Source of the DNA: an uncultured delta proteobacterium
Lineage (GTDB): Bacteria; Desulfobacterota; Desulfomonilia; UBA1062
Reading direction: 5' to 3'
NCBI GenBank assembly: GCA_963798485.1
Contig: CAWCTR010000025.1
Span: 1 to 32,827, forward strand
DNA: 32,827 nucleotides
Shown here piece after piece: positions 26,287 through 32,827 of the stretch. A model generated the notes under the pieces. That model worked only from the letters and a program-made list of their open reading frames with translations. It did no database searches and was not told where the DNA came from. Position numbers and translations under genes: made by a program. Numbering within the stretch: the first letter of the stretch is position 1; each line of letters begins with the position of its first letter.

Positions 26287-27574
26287 GGGTACCTCTAATA
26301 ATTCTCCCAGCCAAGCGCATATATAAAGTGCATTAACTTATTGAATATGTTATATAATTGATAGATTAAATGGAGCTGAAGGGGGGGATGATGAAGCAAC
26401 TGGGATTATTTGACTGGGGGAATCGTTATACCAGGATCGATAAAGGTGGAGACCCTCTGATGAAGCTGAATAAGGTCATTGACTGGGAGGCGTTCCGTCC
26501 GTTGCTCATGAATGTGAGGGAGAAGGAGCGCAAGAACAATGCAGGAGCGAAGCCATACGATGTGGTGTTGATGTTCAAGAGCCTGGTGATCCAATCGCTG
26601 TATAACCTTTCTGATGATGAGTTGGAGTATCTGCTATTAGATCGTCTGACGTTCATGCGGTTTTTAGGCCTTGGTCCTGGGGAGAGGGTACCGGATGCGA
26701 AGACGATCTGGTTGTTCCGGGAGCAGCTGAAGGAGGCCGGGCTTGTGGAGAAGCTGTTCAAGAACTTTGATCGATATTTGCAGGAGAGCGGGTTTGTAGC
26801 ACGGAAGGGGCAGATTGTGGATGCCAGCATTGTGTCGGTACCAAAACAGAGGAACACCCGTGAGGAGAACGCACTGATAAAGGAAGGTGGTAAGCCTGGA
26901 GAGTGGAATGAGCCCAAGAGTCGGCAGAAGGACACTGATGCCCGGTGGCTCAAAAAGAACGGCAAGAATTATTATGGGTACAAGAACCATGTCAGCGTTG
27001 ACGTGAAGAACAAGCTTATCCGAGGTTATACTGTTACTGATGCCAGTGTGCATGACTCTCAGGTATTTGGAGATCTTCTGCAAGGGGGTAACAGAAGCAG
27101 GGATGTGTATGCAGATTCTGTATATCGATCTGAGGAAATCCTGGAGATGCTGCGCAAGCAAGGATATCGCGAGCATGTACAGCGTAAGGGTTATCGGAAC
27201 CGGAAGCTTACGGAATGGGAGAAGCGAGGGAATCACACACGCTCAAAGATACGATCCCGCATCGAGCATGTATTTGGAGTGCAGGCCATGATGGCAGGAG
27301 ATCTGCTATTGAGGACGATTGGGATTGCTCGAGCGTGGGTCAAAATCGGGCTGAGGAACCTTGCCTACAACATGTTTCGTTTCCAAACACTCGTGGCTGC
27401 CAGGTGAGGTATGCCTGAATGGATTAAATCATGTTCCAGGGAGAGAATAAACCACGGGTGAGGCCGTAAAAACTCGATAATTGCACATCACAACAGGCAG
27501 ATTCCAGGAGTAATGCGTAGGTGAATCAACTCCAACATGATGCTTCCATAAAAAGTGAATTATTCGAGGTGGCC
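26287..27574 (+). mobile_element. Complete IS5-family insertion sequence (1288 bp)
   Basis: Left end GGGTACCTCTAATAATTC versus reverse complement of right end GGCCACCTCGAATAATTC (15/18). TTAA duplicated at 26283-86 and 27575-78; GC higher than flanks. Confidence 0.93.
26370..27407 (+). CDS. IS5-family DDE transposase
   Basis: LYNLSDDELE...DRLTFMRFLG...VPDAKTIWLFRE, IVDAS, DTDARW, YYGYKNH, ASVHDS, YADS, RSRIEHVFG. True start may be ATG 26388 or 26391. Confidence 0.96.
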   Translation: MELKGGMMKQLGLFDWGNRYTRIDKGGDPLMKLNKVIDWEAFRPLLMNVREKERKNNAGAKPYDVVLMFKSLVIQSLYNLSDDELEYLLLDRLTFMRFLGLGPGERVPDAKTIWLFREQLKEAGLVEKLFKNFDRYLQESGFVARKGQIVDASIVSVPKQRNTREENALIKEGGKPGEWNEPKSRQKDTDARWLKKNGKNYYGYKNHVSVDVKNKLIRGYTVTDASVHDSQVFGDLLQGGNRSRDVYADSVYRSEEILEMLRKQGYREHVQRKGYRNRKLTEWEKRGNHTRSKIRSRIEHVFGVQAMMAGDLLLRTIGIARAWVKIGLRNLAYNMFRFQTLVAAR

Positions 27575-27597
27575 TTAATTTCTTGCTTGAGGAAATT

Positions 27598-28614
27598 ATG
27601 AACACCCCAATATCAATAGTTGTGACTTCGATAGCTAAACCCAATAGGGCACTTAGCTGTTTAGCAGAAGGTTGCATCAATCATGGGTTACGACTCATAG
27701 TAATAGGAGATGTTCTTAGTCCAGCAGATTTTCATATTAATAATTGTGACTTTATCAGTATAAAAATGCAGAAGCAGCTTGATTTAATATATCCAAAGCT
27801 ATGTCCAGAACGACACTATGCACGTAAAAACATTGGTTACCTTATGGAAATTAAAAAGGGAGCAGAGATTATCATTGATACCGATGATGACAATATCCCA
27901 TATAAATCATTCTGGAACCAAAGGAATCGTGAAGTTGATGTTTCAACTATTAATACCCCTGGCTGGGTAAATGTGTATCGATATTTTACTGATGAATTGA
28001 TATGGCCTCGTGGATTTCCTCTTAATAAAATAAACGTGCAGAATCAACCATATGAATCATTACCTTTGAAAACAATGGATTGTCCAATACAACAAGGATT
28101 GGTCAATGAAGACCCTGATGTTGATGCTATTTTTCGATTAGTTTTCTCCCAGACAATACATTTTAGAGAAGATAGGAAATTGGTACTGGCTAAAGGTTCA
28201 TGGTGTCCATTTAATAGTCAGAATACAACATGGTGGTCTGATGCCTTCCCTCTATTATATCTCCCATCCACCTGCTCTTTTAGAATGACGGACATCATAC
28301 GCAGTTTTGTTGCACAACGTATTGCATGGGAGAATGAATGGACAGTTCTCTTCCATGAACCTAACATGTGGCAAGAACGTAATGAACATGATCTGATGAA
28401 AGATTTTAATGATGAGATTCCAGGTTATTTAAATAATGATCGTATCAGTAATGAATTGAAAAAGTTATCCATAAGAAAAGGGATAAATAATCTTATGTAT
28501 AATTTAGAGAATTGTTATGAAAAATTAATGGAGATGGGTGTTATTAATAAGAAGGAAATCAGTTTGCTTAGTGCATGGATTAAAGATTTAGAAGATATAA
28601 AGCAGAGAAGATAG
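27598..28614 (+). CDS. STELLO/DUF288-like glycosyltransferase
   Basis: IVVTSI, HYARKNIGYL, IDTDDDN, WPRGFPL, QQGLVNEDPDVDAIFRL, CPFNSQNT, FRMTDIIRS, QERNEHD; GAGGA RBS before ATG 27598. Confidence 0.88.
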   Translation: MNTPISIVVTSIAKPNRALSCLAEGCINHGLRLIVIGDVLSPADFHINNCDFISIKMQKQLDLIYPKLCPERHYARKNIGYLMEIKKGAEIIIDTDDDNIPYKSFWNQRNREVDVSTINTPGWVNVYRYFTDELIWPRGFPLNKINVQNQPYESLPLKTMDCPIQQGLVNEDPDVDAIFRLVFSQTIHFREDRKLVLAKGSWCPFNSQNTTWWSDAFPLLYLPSTCSFRMTDIIRSFVAQRIAWENEWTVLFHEPNMWQERNEHDLMKDFNDEIPGYLNNDRISNELKKLSIRKGINNLMYNLENCYEKLMEMGVINKKEISLLSAWIKDLEDIKQRR

Positions 28615-28681
28615 AAACTATCGAAGTGAATGACAAAAAGTATGTAAAATATAGCCCATGCTGGGTGAGTAAAATTGGCCG

Positions 28682-28711
28682 CAACGCCCTTATTTTTAAG
28701 GGTGGTGTTTT
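28682..28711 (+). terminator. Possible intrinsic terminator after the STELLO-like gene
   Basis: CGCCCTTA-tttt-TAAGGGTG hairpin followed by GTGTTTT. Confidence 0.4.
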
Positions 28712-28804
28712 CAATTGCTTATTGTTATGATTAGTTTTAAATTGAAAAAACCATGACCGAGGTTCTAATCAGATAAAATTGAATCACTTTGTGAGAACAC
28801 ATAT

Positions 28805-29359
28805 ATGAAAAAAACGAAACAGAACAAGCACAAAAATATAACTTCTATAAAGCAACCATCTATTCCTGAACATGCAGAAGGATCATTTATGAAAACAGAT
28901 AGGTGGTCTATTATAATTATAACTGTGATTGTGATAGTGATTTTAATTTGTACATATTTTTTATGGCCTAAGGTAACAATAACTCCTGGAAAAATCATCA
29001 ACCCTAGAGAACCCTTTAATACCTCATTCATTATTCAAAATCATTCTATTTATTCAATCTATGGCATAAAAAGTGAATGTCTAGTTCTTAATATTGAAGA
29101 TGATAACCATCATATATTTAATAGGTTAACGGCTAATATAGATACTGGATATATAGAAAAACTAAGTCAAAGTGAAGCAAAGCTAATAATTTTCAAATTA
29201 AATATAACTACTAAAGAGTTGGAGCGGAGCGTACTGAAAGCTAACATTAAATTTCTACTATCATACAAATTACCATTTATTGGATTACAATTATCAAAAT
29301 CTTTTCCTTTAACGGTTCAGAAAACCTCGGCAAATACATACAAATGGTTTGCAAATTGA
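28805..29359 (+). CDS. Hypothetical single-pass membrane protein
   Basis: 184-aa ORF in very AT-rich DNA; one strongly hydrophobic helix followed by a beta-rich domain; no family recognised. Confidence 0.65.
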   Translation: MKKTKQNKHKNITSIKQPSIPEHAEGSFMKTDRWSIIIITVIVIVILICTYFLWPKVTITPGKIINPREPFNTSFIIQNHSIYSIYGIKSECLVLNIEDDNHHIFNRLTANIDTGYIEKLSQSEAKLIIFKLNITTKELERSVLKANIKFLLSYKLPFIGLQLSKSFPLTVQKTSANTYKWFAN

Positions 29360-29707
29360 TAATATAAAACACAAAATATACTTTTATTTTAAATATGAGT
29401 TGCAATCTAAATCTAGATACACGCCTACACAAGATCTTCTTTAAAAAGATGAATGAAAGTATGGATTTCATTCAAATCGTCACGTATCTGTTATGAAAAT
29501 GATAGACTTTGTATGTCTCAACCCAAGATCTACAGTTTTCAACTATCTTAAAACCAAGAAGAAATAACAGATTATAATGATCTTTGAAAAGGAACTCTGT
29601 TTAGATTTCATTGAAAGGATGAACATGGTATAAGAGATATATTCAATTTGATTATTTACTCTTTGCGAGGGGTATAATCAACTAATACCAAGTTTGAGGA
29701 TAATAAT

Positions 29708-30274
29708 ATGAAAAGAATACTCATAATTGTATGTTTCATCTTATTGCTTTTCAGCCCGCTCTTCGCTAACTACAAAGAGGCTCTAAAAAAAGGTGATTTT
29801 GCAGGAGCTCTGAAGGAACTCAAACCACTTGCCCAGAAGGGAGATGCAAAGGCGCAAGAAAACCTTGGTTTAATGTATGCCACAGGACGAGGTGTGCCAC
29901 AAAACTTGGTAGAGGCAGAAAAGTGGATCAAAAAAGCGGCGGAACAGGGACTGCCCGAGGCACAATATAACCTTGGGATAATATATTTCAACGGCCAGGG
30001 AGTACCTCAAAACAATGCTGAGGCGATGAAGTGGTTCAGAAAATCTTCAGATCAGGGATATCCCAGAGCGCAATACAGTCTTGGAGTTATGTATTTTCAA
30101 GGGTTAGGTGTGCCCAAGAATTTAGTACAAGCATACATGTGGTGGTATTTAGTAGGGTCACAAGGAAATCGGGATGCAGCGAAAGCCATTAACGACATAA
30201 AAGGAAAAATGACCTCTGCTCAAATTTCAGAGGCTAAAAAACTAGCAAGCAAATGGAAACCACCAAAGAAATGA
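29708..30274 (+). CDS. Secreted Sel1-repeat protein
   Basis: Signal peptide; AQENLGLMYATGRGVPQN, AQYNLGIIYFNGQGVPQN, AQYSLGVMYFQGLGVPKN; GAGGA RBS. Confidence 0.95.
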   Translation: MKRILIIVCFILLLFSPLFANYKEALKKGDFAGALKELKPLAQKGDAKAQENLGLMYATGRGVPQNLVEAEKWIKKAAEQGLPEAQYNLGIIYFNGQGVPQNNAEAMKWFRKSSDQGYPRAQYSLGVMYFQGLGVPKNLVQAYMWWYLVGSQGNRDAAKAINDIKGKMTSAQISEAKKLASKWKPPKK

Positions 30275-32808
30275 GACGTTTTATTATGAAAGGGTCTTCT
30301 GAAAAATTATCTTCTAAAATTTTAATAGTAGCATTTCTTTCGATTTCTATTATTGCTGTTTACTACCAAGTAAAGAATTTCGAGTTTGTCATGTATGACG
30401 ACCTCGGGTATGTAAGAGATAATCCCATGGTGAAGCTAGGGATTGCTCTTGATAGTATTCGATGGGCCTTTTCTTCGATCGGATATCAAGGCAACTGGCA
30501 TCCTGTCACGTGGCTTTCGCATATGCTCGATGTGGAATTTTACGGCTTGAATCCTGGGATGCACCATCTTACCAATGTCATTTTCCATATTGCTAATACA
30601 TTGTTATTGTTTTTCCTCTTCTATCGACTGACTAACGAAAAGTGGAAGTGCGCTGCCTTTGCGGCATTGTTTGCTCTCCATCCTCTTCATGTTGAGTCAG
30701 TTGCATGGGTATCCGAACGTAAGGATGTTCTGAGCACCTTTTTCTGGATTCTCACTACATGGAGTTATGTTTGGTATGTTGAACATCGTGGTGTCAGAAG
30801 ATATCTCCTTGTCATGATGTTTTTTGTCCTTGGTCTTATGGCAAAGCCCATGCTGGTAACACTACCATTCACATTGCTTCTCCTTGATTTCTGGCCTATC
30901 AAGCGGCCAGAGTTAGTAAAGCCCGAAGGTGAAGTCTCATCTAAGAACATGAGGAATATTATAGTTGGTATACATTGGGCAGGAGTTGGTTCCCTTATAT
31001 GGGAGAAAATGCCTCTTTTGATCCTGTCAGGTATATCAAGCATAATAACATACCTTGCTCAAAGTCGAGGCGGAGCTGTGAGCATCTTTTTGCCGATCAG
31101 CAGCAAGATTGCAAATGCAGCTATAGCTTATTGTACCTATCTCTGGAGGATGATTTGGCCTTTTAACCTGGCAGTAATTTATCCCTATTACAAAATGGTT
31201 AACCCGCCCATTGTGGTCGTCTCCTTCTTTTTATTAATACTAATGACGCTGCTTGCATTTAAATATACTAAACGTTTCCCTTTTCTCATCATGGGGTGGC
31301 TTTGGTATCTGGGAACTCTCATTCCGGTCATAGGGATTGTCCAAGTCGGGTTTCAGTCCACGGCTGACAGGTACACCTATGTCCCCTTCATAGGGATATT
31401 CGTAATACTTGTTTGGGGTATATCCGCTTTTTTGGAGCAATGGCAGATACGTAAAAAAAATGTCTTGGTAGTATTCTTTATTTTAATTATCCCGATTCTG
31501 ATGTTTGTGACTTGGGTACAAGTCAGCTATTGGCAGGACAGTATTACCCTCTTTGGCCATGCACTTGATGTGACAAAAGATAATTTCCTTGCACATGAAA
31601 GATTCGGTGCAGCTCTCTCTGAAAAGGGGGATGTTAAGGGATCAATTTATCACTTCAATGAAGCGCTGAAGATTTTTCCAAAGTTTGTCATTGCCCATGT
31701 TGGATTAGGAGGAATGCTGGTAGGAATGGGTAAATATGATGAAGCCACAAAACAGTACAGTGAAGCCCTAGAGCTTGATCCGAAGAATGCCTTTGCCCAT
31801 GTTGGATTAGGAGGAACGCTGGCAGAAATGGGTAAATATGATGAGGCTGAAAAGGAGTTTAACAAAGCCCTTGAGATTGATCCCAAGAATGATCCTAAGA
31901 ATGTCATTGCTTATATAGGGTTGGGATCTGTCCTGGCAGGAAAGGGAAAAATAAGTGAAGCAATTGGAGTTTTCAATGAAGCCCTGAAGCTTGATCCCAA
32001 CAATGCAAATGTTTACTTTGGATTGGCAACTATCCTTATCGGAAAGGGAAGTAACGATGAGGCAATAAAGAATTATAATAAAACATTAAAAAACAACCCT
32101 GGTTATATAGAAGCACTTGTAAATCTTGGAAATTTAATGCTGAGCAAGGGGAATTATGATGAAGCTATCCGTTATTATCTTGAAGTAATAGAGAGATATC
32201 CTCATCAGGCTGAGGTTTACAACAATTTGGGGTCAGCTTATTGCAATATAGGAAACCTCAAGAAAGCCATTGAATACTTCCAGGAATCATTACGGGAGAA
32301 ACCGGACTATGCTTCAGCGGCTGCGAATTTGAAAACTGCACAAATGAACCTGATAAATTTTGAAAAGCAACTTCCGCAGATTCAAGATGCAATAAAGGTA
32401 AATCCTCAGAACCCAATGCTTTATACAAAACTCGGTGACGTCAACAGGCTCATGGGAGAATACGATAAGGCCGCTGCCCAGTATCAAAAGGCGCTCTCTA
32501 TTCAGCCCAAATACATCCAGGCCATGTATGGCCTTGTGCTTGTTTATTCCATCGGGGAGGGGGATTATGCAAAGGCACTTGATATGTTGCAGAGAATGCG
32601 ACAGATTCAACCAGAGAATCCCGAGATCTGTTACAACATTGCATGCATTTATGCAAAGCAGAATAGGGATGCTGAATCCATCATTTGGCTCAAGCAGGCA
32701 GTAGATAAAGGTTTCCGGAATTGGGATCAGATCAAGAACGACCCTGACCTTGCTAACATTAGGAACACTTCTTATGTACTTGGATTGATGAAGAACTGTA
32801 AAACTTAG
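30271..32808 (+). CDS. TMTC-like polytopic membrane protein (GT-C-type) with C-terminal TPR array
   Basis: FVMYDD first-loop motif, NWHPVTWLSH, HPLHVESVAWVSERKD, LMAKPM, YLWRMIWP, ADRYTYVP, WQDSITLF, then many TPRs and a YNIAC...DPDL end domain. ATGA overlap with the Sel1 stop at 30271. Confidence 0.9.
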   Translation: MRRFIMKGSSEKLSSKILIVAFLSISIIAVYYQVKNFEFVMYDDLGYVRDNPMVKLGIALDSIRWAFSSIGYQGNWHPVTWLSHMLDVEFYGLNPGMHHLTNVIFHIANTLLLFFLFYRLTNEKWKCAAFAALFALHPLHVESVAWVSERKDVLSTFFWILTTWSYVWYVEHRGVRRYLLVMMFFVLGLMAKPMLVTLPFTLLLLDFWPIKRPELVKPEGEVSSKNMRNIIVGIHWAGVGSLIWEKMPLLILSGISSIITYLAQSRGGAVSIFLPISSKIANAAIAYCTYLWRMIWPFNLAVIYPYYKMVNPPIVVVSFFLLILMTLLAFKYTKRFPFLIMGWLWYLGTLIPVIGIVQVGFQSTADRYTYVPFIGIFVILVWGISAFLEQWQIRKKNVLVVFFILIIPILMFVTWVQVSYWQDSITLFGHALDVTKDNFLAHERFGAALSEKGDVKGSIYHFNEALKIFPKFVIAHVGLGGMLVGMGKYDEATKQYSEALELDPKNAFAHVGLGGTLAEMGKYDEAEKEFNKALEIDPKNDPKNVIAYIGLGSVLAGKGKISEAIGVFNEALKLDPNNANVYFGLATILIGKGSNDEAIKNYNKTLKNNPGYIEALVNLGNLMLSKGNYDEAIRYYLEVIERYPHQAEVYNNLGSAYCNIGNLKKAIEYFQESLREKPDYASAAANLKTAQMNLINFEKQLPQIQDAIKVNPQNPMLYTKLGDVNRLMGEYDKAAAQYQKALSIQPKYIQAMYGLVLVYSIGEGDYAKALDMLQRMRQIQPENPEICYNIACIYAKQNRDAESIIWLKQAVDKGFRNWDQIKNDPDLANIRNTSYVLGLMKNCKT
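31687..31902 (+). repeat. 102-bp TPR-coding tandem duplication plus 12-bp duplication
   Basis: Units at 31687 and 31789 share TTGCCCATGTTGGATTAGGAGGAA and AATGGGTAAATATGATGA; GATCCCAAGAAT GATCCTAAGAAT encodes DPKNDPKN. Confidence 0.85.
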
Positions 32809-32827
32809 CACTAAGTTGAGGATCTCC

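Overview
Bacterial chromosomal window, probably from an anaerobic deltaproteobacterium (Desulfobacterota-like); this is inferred from gene content only. The left ~23 kb is GC-richer core genome. It holds a TPM-domain gene (partial) and a nucleotidyltransferase-fold gene, a copper P1B-ATPase, a frameshifted TIGR03960/TIGR03936-type radical SAM gene, rodZ-like-recO-glyQ-glyS-dGTPase-like, and a small RHH protein. It also holds a 7-gene minus-strand operon: a Liv-type ABC importer plus a long-chain acyl-CoA ligase and a phenylacetate-CoA-ligase-like protein. The best finding is an unannotated 17-aa Phe-rich leader peptide (MAPRHLTNNSFGFFFFE) with mutually exclusive antiterminator/terminator hairpins directly upstream of that operon. 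This is a Phe-sensing attenuator on an uptake/CoA-activation system and suggests aryl-acid salvage for phenylalanine supply. Next come two secreted small proteins and a sigma-54/IHF/UAS-controlled mini-operon of tiny membrane proteins that runs into an IS21 (istB) remnant. From ~23.5 kb there is a visibly AT-rich glycosylation island: acyltransferase-3, DPM-synthase-like GT2, a complete IS5 with TTAA target duplication, a STELLO/DUF288-like glycosyltransferase, a Sel1 protein and a TMTC-like membrane GT-C/TPR protein. No rRNA, tRNA or CRISPR array was seen.
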